NCBI GenBank assembly: GCA_029259115.1
Contig: JAPDJO010000027.1
Coordinates: 9,454-73,453 of the forward strand
DNA from: Thermoplasmatota archaeon
Lineage (GTDB): Archaea; Thermoplasmatota; E2; DHVEG-1; B18-G2
Reading direction: 5' to 3'
DNA: 64,000 bases
Shown here piece by piece: positions 30,084 to 40,799 of the stretch. Numbering within the stretch: position 1 is the stretch's first letter; each line of letters opens with the position of its first letter. Made by a program: the position numbers and the translations under genes. Under the pieces are notes generated by a model. The model made no database searches. It saw only the letters and a program-made list of their open reading frames with translations, and was not told where the DNA came from.

Positions 30084-32870
30084 ATGGATATGATCAGAAG
30101 ATGGTTAATCATAATGATAGTGCTCTTTCTGATCGGAGTTTCACACATGAGTTTCCTATCCACATCTATATACAAGAGTGATGAGCTGGGTATATTCTTT
30201 GATTCGCTTGATGATGACTCTTTCATTGATGCATCCAAAAGTTATGGATACAAGATAGAAAACGGATACGCAACCATAGACTTTGCAGAAACTTCTTATA
30301 TATATGATTGCGCAAGTCAGGCTGATAAAATAGAGGTTTCCTACAGGAATAATACCCAGCCTTTGTTTATACTTAATTCTCTATTTGGTCCAGAAATCTT
30401 TGGCGAGAGGAATTTTTCGAATCTAGACAGTTTAAAAACCGTTGATGATATATATTTCAAAACAGAGAGTAGCATACTTAATATAACTACTCCACTACAA
30501 CACTACCGATTCAAAATAGATCAGGACTCGCAAAACGTATCCTCTTTGATTTTTGAATGGTTTGGTAGGTTTAGCGGGTATTCACTTCGCGTTTATGCGT
30601 GGGATTACTATGCTTTTAATGGAAAGGGTGCATGGAGATTCCAAGAACAGATCTTTGAGGATTCTGACTATATTGGTATAGGAGATATGAACCCTTGTAG
30701 ATTTGTCAGCAAAGATGGTTATGTAGATATAGTTCTCACGCCATGGCCCTACACCGAAAACAATACTTATCTTTGGACCGACTACATATCGCTTGAAGTA
30801 AGAGAAGTTACGAGAAAAAATGCGACCATTGTAACGAAACCTATAGATCCTAGCAAGGTATGGATGTGGGAATACGTAGTGTGGGAAGAGAATCTGAGTG
30901 ATGACACCTCCATAAAGGTTCAAGTTCTAGATGACAATGGTGAAATTTTAAGTGATGAAATTCTCGAAGGCAATAGCATTGGTTTCAAGGATAAGGTCAT
31001 ACCATTATATGGAATAGGTGGAAGAGATAGGATTCGTCTAAAATTTATACTAGAAACAACAAATCCCGCATCGAATCCCAAATTACTATCATACATGGTT
31101 TTATGGCAAACAGACAGTAAAAAGTGGAAGGATGATCTATCTACTAACTATAGATTGGAAAAGAAGACTGATACAAAAGTAGTGTCTAAATTAATCTACC
31201 TTCCAAAGGGATACTGGTGGAAGGAATTTCAAGCTAAAGTAAATCTTTCTGGTGGAGGAAAAGTTACCTTTGATATATTGAATGATAAGGGAGAAAATAT
31301 CATTGGTGGCATAGAGGGTAAAAGCTCGATAGAGTATAATATTTCCACGATATGTACAAGGAGTATAAAGTTACAAGCCAAGATTGAAAAAAACGGTAGT
31401 TTTATACCAAAAATTGAGGAATGGAGTATAACTTTCTCCAGAGAAAAGAACGAACCTATACTTAAGTATCCATCGATAATATATCTCAATAAAGGAGATT
31501 TAGAAAGAGGGAAAGTTGACATAGGGATATCTGCAAAAGATGATTTTCCCGGAATATGTCCAAGATCTGCCAAATTTAGATTAGAGTACATAGATAACCT
31601 AACTGGAATTAGATCATACTGGAGCGATTGGATTTCTGCAGAAGTAGATGGGAAGGACTGTTCAAAAGATTGGGTAAACATTATAGCAAGAAATATACCT
31701 ATTTTTTATGATGATTCTTTAAAAGATGTACTAAGCCTTGATGAAGAGTTAAATCTTACACTTTCCAGAGTACAGTTCAAAATCGAAGATATGGCAAGAA
31801 ATGTCGCAGAAAGCGATGAGATAAAGATAGAAATAGATACAAATCCACCCGACTCATGGATAACTACAAGCGTTGATCAATTGGGTTTCGAACATGGTTA
31901 CGAAGATATAGAGATATCCGCGGATGCAGTCGATGACATATCGAATGTCAAAAGCGTAACCCTTTACTATCGGATATCTAAAAATAACACCAGCTTTTCA
32001 GATCTCAGAGAATACTCCTCTCTTCATGAGCCGCCGTGGACCTGGACATTTGTACCACCAGAGAGTGGTTATTACAAGTTCTTCACAGTGGCTGAAGATA
32101 ATGCCGGAAATGTAGAGAGTATAAAAGATGGAGAACTGACTTTGCTTATAGATATTAATGCTCCTGATAAACCAGATTTCGAAGATAAGATATATTGGAT
32201 GAACAACTCAAAGATAGATTTTGTTGTGTTCTCTGATGATCTGAGTATAGATAGTATAGAGTATAGAATAGGTGGTGAAGAATACTTTGAGTGGAAGGAA
32301 ATAGCAGGATATGTTGATTCAGATATTTATGCTGAAGAATGGCAGATTGACACTTGGGATTGGGAACAAATGGAGAATGGCAGGGTTTATCCTATCTATT
32401 TCAGAATAAGAGATATAGTTGGAAATGAGTATGTAACACCAAATGATGGAGAAGCTCTCAAGATAGCTAAAGATACTCTTCCACCATATCCATCAATAGA
32501 GACCTTAAAGTTATGGCAGTCAAAGATACCTGTGGAGATATCTACTTATATTTCCAACCCCAATGGTAGCGAGATATCCAAAGCTATACTCCTGTATAGA
32601 TACTCGCCAGATAAAAAGGATTGGAGTGAATGGAAGGAATACAATGAAACCGTATTTTCAGGATGGCACACTTGGCTATTTGATCCAGAGGAAGGAGATG
32701 GATATTATGAAGTAAGATTGAGAGCTTATGATTCAGCTGGGAACTTTGCTGACTCTGATATTATCAGCTTCGGTCTGACTGTGTTTCCAGAGAAGGAGAT
32801 GATTTCTCTGGTATCAATATTTGTGATCTTCTTAATAGTTTCAGCATTCGTTACTAGAAAATGGGACTAG
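30084..32870 (+). CDS. membrane-anchored surface protein with Ig-like modules
   Basis: Signal peptide. Two LYYR.S...W.F.P..GYY...A.D.AGN modules, also present in the giant protein. C-terminal TM. Confidence 0.7.
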   Translation: MDMIRRWLIIMIVLFLIGVSHMSFLSTSIYKSDELGIFFDSLDDDSFIDASKSYGYKIENGYATIDFAETSYIYDCASQADKIEVSYRNNTQPLFILNSLFGPEIFGERNFSNLDSLKTVDDIYFKTESSILNITTPLQHYRFKIDQDSQNVSSLIFEWFGRFSGYSLRVYAWDYYAFNGKGAWRFQEQIFEDSDYIGIGDMNPCRFVSKDGYVDIVLTPWPYTENNTYLWTDYISLEVREVTRKNATIVTKPIDPSKVWMWEYVVWEENLSDDTSIKVQVLDDNGEILSDEILEGNSIGFKDKVIPLYGIGGRDRIRLKFILETTNPASNPKLLSYMVLWQTDSKKWKDDLSTNYRLEKKTDTKVVSKLIYLPKGYWWKEFQAKVNLSGGGKVTFDILNDKGENIIGGIEGKSSIEYNISTICTRSIKLQAKIEKNGSFIPKIEEWSITFSREKNEPILKYPSIIYLNKGDLERGKVDIGISAKDDFPGICPRSAKFRLEYIDNLTGIRSYWSDWISAEVDGKDCSKDWVNIIARNIPIFYDDSLKDVLSLDEELNLTLSRVQFKIEDMARNVAESDEIKIEIDTNPPDSWITTSVDQLGFEHGYEDIEISADAVDDISNVKSVTLYYRISKNNTSFSDLREYSSLHEPPWTWTFVPPESGYYKFFTVAEDNAGNVESIKDGELTLLIDINAPDKPDFEDKIYWMNNSKIDFVVFSDDLSIDSIEYRIGGEEYFEWKEIAGYVDSDIYAEEWQIDTWDWEQMENGRVYPIYFRIRDIVGNEYVTPNDGEALKIAKDTLPPYPSIETLKLWQSKIPVEISTYISNPNGSEISKAILLYRYSPDKKDWSEWKEYNETVFSGWHTWLFDPEEGDGYYEVRLRAYDSAGNFADSDIISFGLTVFPEKEMISLVSIFVIFLIVSAFVTRKWD

Positions 32871-33631
32871 CCTATATAACTGAGATCTTCTTTGCTTTTT
32901 CTCAAACCCTCTTCTAGACTTCTCAATTGTTGAGCTATCAGCTCTATCTCTTTAGCTTTCCTTTCTAACTCTGTAAGATCAACGTCGATGTTTAACGCTT
33001 TACTAAGCACAACCAAAACAGCCTTTGCGCTTTTTGGATCCACAAGATAACCAGGAGTTTCTCCCATTAAACAAACCCCTTCAATTCCATACAGTTTACC
33101 TAGACCGAGCAACAAACCACTGGCACCTATGATTCCTCCGCCTGGCTCATTCTCTCTGAATACAACTCCATATTTTTTCATTTTACTTACTAGTTTTTTG
33201 GAGGTAGCAGCCCCAAGTACGTGAGGTTCCTTTACTTCTCTTCCCAATCCATATCCTCCCAGAGTGAAGATCTGTTTCACATTGTAGTCTCTTGCTATCT
33301 TTAATATAGAATCTGCCAGTTCGTATTGACCACTTGAAGATAATCCCTGATAGTCTCCAGTTAATAATATCAGGTCTCTTTGGTTTCTAGATTTTGCCTT
33401 CCAGTAATAGAGTTCGTTGTTTACTAACTTAATAGTTCCATCAGAATTTATGAAGACCTGCGGAGGAAAGTCTTTACTATAAATCTCCACAAATTTTTTT
33501 GCACCTATATTCTCTATTAAGTGTTCAACGGCAAGTTTGCCAACATTACCTATTCCAGGTAAGCCTTCGATCAGTATAGGATTTTTCAACGAGGGTTTTC
33601 TCCCCACGAACTTGATAACTATCTCCTCCAT
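32867..33631 (-). CDS. PAC2-family proteasome assembly chaperone
   Basis: IEGLPGIGNVGKLA, TLGG, GASGLLLG, GETPGY..DP. Conserved position after nop10. Confidence 0.92.
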   Translation of the reverse strand: MEEIVIKFVGRKPSLKNPILIEGLPGIGNVGKLAVEHLIENIGAKKFVEIYSKDFPPQVFINSDGTIKLVNNELYYWKAKSRNQRDLILLTGDYQGLSSSGQYELADSILKIARDYNVKQIFTLGGYGLGREVKEPHVLGAATSKKLVSKMKKYGVVFRENEPGGGIIGASGLLLGLGKLYGIEGVCLMGETPGYLVDPKSAKAVLVVLSKALNIDVDLTELERKAKEIELIAQQLRSLEEGLRKSKEDLSYIG

Positions 33632-33802
33632 TTAGATCAAACCTCTTTCCATCTTTTTGAGATACCTCCTGTATTTCCCATATCTATCCTGAGGAGAGAA
33701 CTTCGGCGGTTTTTTAATTATAGTTTCTTTTCCGCAGATTCTGCATTTCTCCTTCATAGTATATATTTTACAATAATTACAGTATCTAATTGTTGATCTC
33801 AT
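33632..33802 (-). CDS. nop10: H/ACA RNP protein Nop10
   Basis: C..C.IYTMKEKC..CG...PPKFSPQDRYGKYRR. Start refined to 33802. Confidence 0.95.
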   Translation of the reverse strand: MRSTIRYCNYCKIYTMKEKCRICGKETIIKKPPKFSPQDRYGKYRRYLKKMERGLI

Positions 33803-34593
33803 TTCTTCTCCAGCTCTCTCATAAACTCGCATTCACCCTCATGATTCTTGATATATTTCTCTGCCCTCTCAATAGCTTTCTTCAGTTCTTCCTCAGCCAC
33901 TTTATAATCTGGAGCTTTAACAACTATATTGTAGATGGGAGCTCCCCTATAGGTAACTTCTATATTAACATCCTCGTACTCGCTCTTTTCAGCCAACTGC
34001 AAGGCTTTTCTAACATGTTCAACCCCATCGGGTTTAAGGGATTTTATCTTGATATAACCTCTTATAGTAACGAATGGTATCTGTATATTTTCTCTTGCAA
34101 CTTCCTCAAAGTATTTGAACCATTCTCCAGAGAATCCATCCTTCTTTAGAGTTTCTGGATCATAAGCACATTCCTCAAATGCTGCATAAAGAGAACCATA
34201 CTTTTCTATTAATCTTTCAGCAAAATCCTTGTAACAATCCTCGACCTTCTTACCCATCTTCTCAGCAACTATTTCTAATAATTTTCTAGCCTTCTGCTCG
34301 TTTTTCCATTCCTGTATCTTTTCTCTTCTCTGATGTTCATTTACTCTTTTCAATGAAACGTCAATATGTCCTCTGGATCTATCAACATGCATAACTTTGC
34401 AAACAATCCTTTGATTTTCCTTTATGTGATCTCTTATTCTTTTTATCCAACCAGGTGCCACCTCAGATATATGAATAAAAGCTTCCTTACCAGGATATTC
34501 CTCAAGCTCAACGAATGCACCAAAATTCTGGATATTCTTCACTCTACATACAACAAGATCTCCCTCTTCTGGAAACTCATCTTTTTTAAACAT
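33799..34593 (-). CDS. eif2a: translation initiation factor aIF2 alpha
   Basis: PEEGDLVV S1 domain, HISEVAPGWI, IDVSLKRV, GAP.Y. Confidence 0.97.
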   Translation of the reverse strand: MFKKDEFPEEGDLVVCRVKNIQNFGAFVELEEYPGKEAFIHISEVAPGWIKRIRDHIKENQRIVCKVMHVDRSRGHIDVSLKRVNEHQRREKIQEWKNEQKARKLLEIVAEKMGKKVEDCYKDFAERLIEKYGSLYAAFEECAYDPETLKKDGFSGEWFKYFEEVARENIQIPFVTIRGYIKIKSLKPDGVEHVRKALQLAEKSEYEDVNIEVTYRGAPIYNIVVKAPDYKVAEEELKKAIERAEKYIKNHEGECEFMRELEKK

Positions 34594-34595
34594 AA

Positions 34596-34769
34596 TTACT
34601 CTAATATCTCCAAAATTTCCCCTTTTATTTCTGCTTTGCCTCCTCTGGGTTCAGCAAGGGTTGCACCACATATATGACAAGTAACAACTCTAGATGCCCT
34701 ATCAAATAGCACCTGCTCATTTCCGCAATCTTTACATCTGACCCTTATAAATTTGCTTCTCGTCTCCAT
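34596..34769 (-). CDS. rps27e: 30S ribosomal protein S27e, 57 aa, absent from the ORF track
   Basis: Manual translation: METRSKFIRVRCKDCGNEQVLFDRASRVVTCHICGATLAEPRGGKAEIKGEILEILE. Confidence 0.96.
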   Translation of the reverse strand: METRSKFIRVRCKDCGNEQVLFDRASRVVTCHICGATLAEPRGGKAEIKGEILEILE

Positions 34770-34772
34770 GAT

Positions 34773-35054
34773 CTAAGCCTCCTCCAACTCCAATTTCTTC
34801 GCTCTCACGGTTGGCGCATGATGTCTTTTTCCACATTCTGTACATTTATATCTTATGGCTAATCTCCTCGTAGGCTTCTCTCTATCCTTAGGCTTTGGTC
34901 TCGGAAATCCTCCATAACCTCTGGTTACTCTTCTGAATCTTCTCTGACCTGCCTTGAGTTCGCTGGCCTTACTCTTCTTCACCTTTTCTATCTCGTGAAT
35001 CGTATGTTTCTTACAGTATGGGCAATATCTCTTTATCTTCTTTGGTAATTTCAT
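34773..35054 (-). CDS. rpl44e: 50S ribosomal protein L44e
   Basis: YCPYCKKHT...GQRRF...GYGGFPRP...CTECGK. Confidence 0.97.
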   Translation of the reverse strand: MKLPKKIKRYCPYCKKHTIHEIEKVKKSKASELKAGQRRFRRVTRGYGGFPRPKPKDREKPTRRLAIRYKCTECGKRHHAPTVRAKKLELEEA

Positions 35055-35309
35055 ATCGATCCTTCCCTTAAATCGTAAAGGGGTAAATATTGATTAGGTA
35101 TAAAAAGGTAGTTGTTGGATTAGATGGTGAAAGTTATATAGTTTTGTGGAGTATTCTCTTAATCCACCAGATTAATCCAGAGATTAGGTAATCGTATAGA
35201 GAAAAGATGAAAGATGATCTGCCTTGGACAAGAGCGGAAGTTTTTATTATTCGAAAGATCTGCCCCATACAAGGTTGGTATGATGCTTTTTCAATCGAAC
35301 GATTGCTCT

Positions 35310-35756
35310 CTACTTTTTGATGTGACAATAAAAGTGGAAGAGAATTAAAACTAAACCCATGGATCCAAGCAATAACCCTCCTATAACTTCACGTAGGTAG
35401 AGCGGATGATAACTTCCAATGGAGATTTTACCAATAACAAAATATAGCTGGTAAAGAAAAATCCCTACAAGTATAAAACTTCCCACCAAACCAGTGTAGA
35501 TCGAAGCTTTATTTGTTCTGAATTTCAAGAAGGTGTAGACGAGTAGCAATCCCCCCATCATCAGGAAAATGGAACCAATCCACATAGAATTCACATCGAT
35601 TACATAAGTGACAATTGTTCCATCTGTAGAGTTAATGTTAGGATAAATAGAAAGAAATATCAAAAAGATTACATTTCTTGTAGCACGATACAACATGATT
35701 GATCCCACAATTAGACAGAGATTCCTCAGGATGCTCCACCTATTCATTTTTAACAC
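35310..35756 (-). CDS. hypothetical 4-TM membrane protein
   Basis: Four hydrophobic segments, no recognised motif. Confidence 0.55.
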   Translation of the reverse strand: MLKMNRWSILRNLCLIVGSIMLYRATRNVIFLIFLSIYPNINSTDGTIVTYVIDVNSMWIGSIFLMMGGLLLVYTFLKFRTNKASIYTGLVGSFILVGIFLYQLYFVIGKISIGSYHPLYLREVIGGLLLGSMGLVLILFHFYCHIKK

Positions 35757-35905
35757 ATCTCCGCTTTAATGATAGCAAACAGTTTCCTTCTTCCAATTTC
35801 AAAATACTTTTTCTAGGTAGTCTGACCATCTGCATATATGGACCAATCATGCCGACACCCTCTTGCCATCTTTCTTCCTATATAGAGGGGTGATGCTGAA
35901 TAAGC

Positions 35906-36475
35906 CTAAACCACTCTCTCAACCACGCCCTTCCTTTCTAGGATGTTAAATAGTTCTTCAGATAAGGATATGAGATCGTCCTTTCTGAGATGATATTTTT
36001 TCATATCAGGACCAACAAATCTAGGTATATCTTCTTTTACTAACGCAAGGATTCTCTTCTCTTTCTTCTCCTGCACTATTGCTTCCTCTTTTTCCTTACC
36101 TTCTAAGATAATTTTTCTATAACTCTCCAAGCACTTCAATATATCATCAAACAACTTCCTCTCATTATCTAAGAACAATCTAGTATCAGGTTTTCCTCCT
36201 CTTATCTTGGAGAGAGCTGCAAGAACAACCTTTTTCTCTCTAATTTCATAGATCTCTTTGAGAATCTGTTTTGCGCTTCTTAGCTCATCCTCCACGAGTT
36301 TTCTTTTATGCTCATCTCCCTCTGAGTTCATTTTTTTCTCTAGTTTTTCTACGTATTCTTTGGCCTTCTTATAGAAATCTGGATTTATTTCCGTTATACT
36401 TGGGCTCTTTTTCTCAGTTTGATGCGCAACCCTAAGATCTCTGTAACTTATCTCATCATCCAAAGTGCTCCCCAT
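35906..36475 (-). CDS. GINS subunit (Gins15/51 type)
   Basis: EK...EI..DFY, IYEIREKKVV, C-terminal B domain DIPRFVGPDMKKYHLRKDD. Follows priS. Confidence 0.85.
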   Translation of the reverse strand: MGSTLDDEISYRDLRVAHQTEKKSPSITEINPDFYKKAKEYVEKLEKKMNSEGDEHKRKLVEDELRSAKQILKEIYEIREKKVVLAALSKIRGGKPDTRLFLDNERKLFDDILKCLESYRKIILEGKEKEEAIVQEKKEKRILALVKEDIPRFVGPDMKKYHLRKDDLISLSEELFNILERKGVVERVV

Positions 36476-36489
36476 TTTAAAATTCTATC

Positions 36490-37659
36490 TCAGTTGATAA
36501 TCTTTGCTATATCCCTTCCGACTAAGAATACAGCAAGGTATTCAGGAACTTTACTTAATCCCCTATCTAGGTTAAACTCTTCTCCTTTCATTTTTATTCT
36601 GAATTTTTCTCTTAACTTAACTTTCACAATATCATCAGAAAAGACAACAGCATCATATAGAGGGTCAAAATCCTCTAGTTTATCAATATCTATCTGGCAA
36701 ACCTTCAAACCCGTTTTTCCATGCAGAGAAGAAGGTAATCTTATCAATCTTTTGATATCACACGTTACAGGTTCATCTGTTTCTCCAGATACAGACGATA
36801 TAGCTATTTTCCTAACTGCTGCCCTAAGAAAAAATCTTCTTATGAATTTGGATTGATCTATCAAACCTTTTTCTATACGTCGTATCCTATCTCTTGTCAA
36901 CTCTCTCCTTAATCTCTCTATATCCTTTCTCTTTATACCTAAATTGATAAGAGATTCAACAAAATCTTCATCCTCTATCTTTTTCACCAACTCCATGATA
37001 CCTCTTCCCACCCTACCGCGCCAGCCTGGCTCACTTGGTTTAGGTATCTCGAGCCTAGTTACTCCTCTAGATCTAACACTGGATGTTTCAACTATCCTCT
37101 TTACGAATATGCTATCCTCATCGAGATCATTTCCTATGATATAATCTACGATTTCTCTTCTCTGAGAGCTGTCCAAGAATAAAACTTTTGGATCCAGCAC
37201 ATGACAATGATAGCCTCTTCCTCCACTAAAGTAAAGTTTGATATACTTCTTTTCAAAGCCAAAATCGTCCATGAGGAATTCATAGACTAATCTTGAAAAT
37301 TCCTCTTTAACTGCCTCTAATCCTTCTTCGTAACTTTTGATTTTTTTCTTTTCTAGATGATCTAAATCTAGATCAAAGATGAGTTCGGCTCCCATCCACC
37401 CTTTTTCTTCCATGGTTGGTGCCCCTGGATTTTGGTAGAAAGCAGAAGAATAATATGCATGAGCGGGAACCATATCTAAGATGAATTTCAAAAAATCCTC
37501 TCTTTTCTTGAAGGATAAATGTCTCTTCATCAGCTTAGCGCCAAACGGCATGAATGCAAATTCCCTCTTCCCAAACCTTTCTGGGAGTTCGATCTTTTCT
37601 TTACTGTAGTATTCTCTGAATTTTTCCTTTAGAAACGATATAGAATTGTCAAACTCCAT
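36490..37659 (-). CDS. priS: DNA primase catalytic subunit
   Basis: REFAF, AYYSSAFY, ELIFDLDLD, FSGGRGYH, D..VT.DIKRLIRLPSSLHGKTG. Confidence 0.96.
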   Translation of the reverse strand: MEFDNSISFLKEKFREYYSKEKIELPERFGKREFAFMPFGAKLMKRHLSFKKREDFLKFILDMVPAHAYYSSAFYQNPGAPTMEEKGWMGAELIFDLDLDHLEKKKIKSYEEGLEAVKEEFSRLVYEFLMDDFGFEKKYIKLYFSGGRGYHCHVLDPKVLFLDSSQRREIVDYIIGNDLDEDSIFVKRIVETSSVRSRGVTRLEIPKPSEPGWRGRVGRGIMELVKKIEDEDFVESLINLGIKRKDIERLRRELTRDRIRRIEKGLIDQSKFIRRFFLRAAVRKIAISSVSGETDEPVTCDIKRLIRLPSSLHGKTGLKVCQIDIDKLEDFDPLYDAVVFSDDIVKVKLREKFRIKMKGEEFNLDRGLSKVPEYLAVFLVGRDIAKIIN

Positions 37660-37724
37660 TTGAGATGTATTAACACTAACAAAAATTTATAAGTTTGGAC
37701 TAGATAAACCAGCGAGGGATAAGA

Positions 37725-38132
37725 ATGGAAGAAGACGCAGGCACATACCTAGCTATAATCGATGCATATAGAGAACAGCTGGAAGCCATTGAAGCGCAGA
37801 GCGCATACATACAGGCTCTGATAAATGACTATCTAAAGGCTAAACTAACCATAGAGAATCTAGAAAAACAGGGAAAGGGAGAAGTTCTGTTACCTATAGG
37901 TGGAGGTGTTTTTGTTCCTGCAAAGTGTGATAAGATATCGGAAGTTCTGGTTTCTGAGGGAGCTGATATAGTAATAAAGAAAGACTTGAAAGGTGCAAAG
38001 GATAGTCTGGACAAAAGAATAAAGGATCTCCAAGATAGTTTAACAAAGTTGGGAGAAACTTATCAAAAGATACAGAGCAAGATAGAGGAACTTTCTCAGA
38101 AAGTTAGAGAGGCTATGGAGAAGAAGGGTTAG
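37725..38132 (+). CDS. pfdA: prefoldin alpha subunit
   Basis: Coiled coils flanking EVLLPIGGGVFV...VLVSEGA. Upstream of ftsY. Confidence 0.92.
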   Translation: MEEDAGTYLAIIDAYREQLEAIEAQSAYIQALINDYLKAKLTIENLEKQGKGEVLLPIGGGVFVPAKCDKISEVLVSEGADIVIKKDLKGAKDSLDKRIKDLQDSLTKLGETYQKIQSKIEELSQKVREAMEKKG

Positions 38133-38135
38133 AGT

Positions 38136-39185
38136 ATGTTCAAGTTTCTGAAAAGAAGTCTGAAAAAGATAGAGGAGGAGATAGAGGAGGAAATTGAAAA
38201 GGAATTAGAAAAGGAGATTTCTGAGGAGAGAGCAGAAGAAGAGAAAGAGATTGAAGAAAAGATAGAGGAGGAGATAAAAAGAGTTGTTGAAACAAGAAAG
38301 GAAATAGTAAAATCTGTGAAGATTGAAAAGCCAACAAAGAAGATAACTATAAGCGATGAGAAAATAGATGAGATTCTGTGGGACTTGGAGATGAGTTTAT
38401 TAGAAGCTGATGTAGCCTTGTCTGTTGCAGAATCTATAAAGGAACATGTAAAAGAAGAACTAAAATCCTTACCTCTTGATAAATCCAAGCTTAGTGAAAA
38501 CATAAGAGATGCTCTGAAGAGTGCAATTTCTCACATACTCAAATCGAGCTCTGGAGATTTCTCCCGAGTGATAAACACAGAGAAAAAGCCCTTTGTTATA
38601 ATGTTTGTTGGAGTGAATGGATCTGGAAAAACAACAGCTATAGCAAAACTTGCTCATTATCTTAAGAAACATGGAAAAAGCGTAGTCATAGCGGCTGCAG
38701 ACACATTCAGAGCTGGAGCAATAGAACAGCTAGAGGAGCATGCAAAGAGATTGGATGTAAAACTGATAAAACATGGATTTGGAGCTGATCCTGCAGCTGT
38801 AGCTTACGATGCAATAGAGCATGCCAAGGCAAAACACAAGGATTTTGTTTTAATCGATACCGCAGGTAGAATGCAGACTAATGTTAATCTGATGGATGAG
38901 ATGGCAAAGATAAAAAGAGTTGCAAAACCGGATTTGGTGATATTTGTCGGGGATGCCCTTGCTGGAAATGATGCTGTAGAACAAGCTAAAAAGTTCGATG
39001 AGGTTGTGGGTGTAGATGGAATAATTCTAACCAAGGTGGATGCCGATGCAAAAGGAGGTTCGGCATTATCCATAGCATATACTATAGGTAAGCCCCTCCT
39101 GTTTATAGGAGTAGGACAAGGTTATGATGACCAAATACCTTTTGACCCAGATTGGATGATAGAGAAGATATTTGGAGAAGATTAG
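38136..39185 (+). CDS. ftsY: SRP receptor FtsY
   Basis: Acidic N-region, [31 protein letters not shown]. Confidence 0.97.
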   Translation: MFKFLKRSLKKIEEEIEEEIEKELEKEISEERAEEEKEIEEKIEEEIKRVVETRKEIVKSVKIEKPTKKITISDEKIDEILWDLEMSLLEADVALSVAESIKEHVKEELKSLPLDKSKLSENIRDALKSAISHILKSSSGDFSRVINTEKKPFVIMFVGVNGSGKTTAIAKLAHYLKKHGKSVVIAAADTFRAGAIEQLEEHAKRLDVKLIKHGFGADPAAVAYDAIEHAKAKHKDFVLIDTAGRMQTNVNLMDEMAKIKRVAKPDLVIFVGDALAGNDAVEQAKKFDEVVGVDGIILTKVDADAKGGSALSIAYTIGKPLLFIGVGQGYDDQIPFDPDWMIEKIFGED

Positions 39186-39577
39186 ACTAGTTTGAATCTC
39201 TTATTTTTCCATGTTATGATCTCGATACCTTCCTTTCTTAGTTTATTTATAAGTTCTTTATCAAGGGTTGCAACAGCTGCATCAAATTTTTTAGCCAACA
39301 TTATTAGATCTTTATCCACATTTTCTTCGTCTTCACTTTCTATGATTTTAAAACCTATACTGTCAATATAATCTATCGCTGCCTTTGCTAACCTTCGCTT
39401 TGAACCTTTAGATAAAGAATATAATTTTCCCAACTCCCTCAACACAGATCTCGGCACAAGGAGCTCTGCTTTGCCTATTTCTGCGGATATCTCATCGCGA
39501 ATATCAATTTTTTTCTCGAAAATCGATATCAAAACACTCGTATCTAAAATAACTATTCTATTTCTCGATGATTCCAT
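39182..39577 (-). CDS. PIN-domain protein (Fcf1/Utp24-like)
   Basis: ILDTS, V..EL, VD, ATLDKEL. Downstream of aIF2g. Confidence 0.85.
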   Translation of the reverse strand: MESSRNRIVILDTSVLISIFEKKIDIRDEISAEIGKAELLVPRSVLRELGKLYSLSKGSKRRLAKAAIDYIDSIGFKIIESEDEENVDKDLIMLAKKFDAAVATLDKELINKLRKEGIEIITWKNKRFKLV

Positions 39578-40799
39578 AACCTATTAGTCTCCATCTTCCT
39601 TCCACTCTTCTGCTTATAGCTACCTGCTGACCATCGAAGCAACAGACAGGTATCTTTAAATCTATGACAGCTACATCAGAGTATGCCTCTTTAGTTATAC
39701 CAACAGTAGTAGCAGTACCAACCGTTAACATTAGAGGTTCTTGAGCTTTCAGTGGTTCTACTTTCTTTTCATCAATAGTACCTACAGCCTTCTCAAGTAG
39801 ATGTACTTTCAATTTCAATCTCTCACTCGGCTCAGGAAGAGAATCTGGTTTTCCAACGACCTTTCCAACGAATGCGTCCGATTTTGTCATAGCTGGATCG
39901 AGTTTTGTGCCTATAGCCAATAGCCCTCCCGGTCCAGCTTCATCTACAAATCTACCACCGGTCATTATCGATGTTATCTCTGTTGTTATCCTTCTCCACT
40001 CCTTTCTACCATGCGATTCCACTATTCTTCCTGGAGAAACTTCTATTTCTTCACCAACCTTGAATCTTCCCTGAAGTAGAGATCCTCCAATTACTCCGCC
40101 TTTTAGATCCTTAGGTCGAGAGCCTGGCTTATTGATATCAAAACTTCTAGCAACATACATCAAAGGATCTTTTGATAGATCTCTCTCTGGAGTAGGTATT
40201 TTCTCCTCTATAGCCTTTATCAAGACATCTATATTAATATCATGATGAGCGCTTATTGGAATGATTGGTGCATCCTCTGCACATGTTCCTTTTACAAACT
40301 CCTTTATTTGTTCATAATGCTTTAGAGCCTGCTTCTCGGAAACCAGATCTATCTTATTCTGAACTATAACTATATTCTTTATTCCAGCTATCTCCATAGC
40401 CATAAGGTGCTCTCTTGTCTGAGGTTGTGGACAAGGTTCATTTGCCGCTATAAGGAGAACGGCTCCATCCATCAAAGAAGCTCCAGATAACATCACTGCC
40501 ATGAGAGTTTCATGACCTGGGGCATCAAGAAAAGATACAGCTCTGAGGAGTTCTGTTTTGCTACCGCAGTAAGGACATGTCTCTTTAGTTGTGTAGCATT
40601 GGGGCTCTGGACAACTTGGACATTTGTAGAATGCAGTATCTGCGTAACCTAGTTTTATGGATATTCCTCTCTTTATTTCTTCAGAGTGTTCATCTGTCCA
40701 TTTTCCTGTTAATCTCTGTGTTAAAGTGGTTTTCCCATGATCGACATGACCTATCATTCCTATGTTAACTTCTGGTTGCTTAGGAAGAGGTTTGCTCAC
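39558..40799 (-). CDS. eif2g: translation initiation factor aIF2 gamma
   Basis: [38 protein letters not shown] start at 40799 inferred from SD. Confidence 0.97.
   Translation of the reverse strand: MSKPLPKQPEVNIGMIGHVDHGKTTLTQRLTGKWTDEHSEEIKRGISIKLGYADTAFYKCPSCPEPQCYTTKETCPYCGSKTELLRAVSFLDAPGHETLMAVMLSGASLMDGAVLLIAANEPCPQPQTREHLMAMEIAGIKNIVIVQNKIDLVSEKQALKHYEQIKEFVKGTCAEDAPIIPISAHHDINIDVLIKAIEEKIPTPERDLSKDPLMYVARSFDINKPGSRPKDLKGGVIGGSLLQGRFKVGEEIEVSPGRIVESHGRKEWRRITTEITSIMTGGRFVDEAGPGGLLAIGTKLDPAMTKSDAFVGKVVGKPDSLPEPSERLKLKVHLLEKAVGTIDEKKVEPLKAQEPLMLTVGTATTVGITKEAYSDVAVIDLKIPVCCFDGQQVAISRRVEGRWRLIGYGIIEK

Noticed and set aside
35134-35328. 64-aa minus-strand ORF
   Set aside because: No clear SD or motif. 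Possibly a gene remnant, but not supportable as a CDS.
38150-38320. Purine-rich low-complexity repeat
   Set aside because: Encodes the ordinary acidic N-terminal region of FtsY.
39182-39577. VapC toxin of a toxin-antitoxin pair
   Set aside because: It occupies the conserved rps6e-aIF2g-PIN position and has no antitoxin gene.
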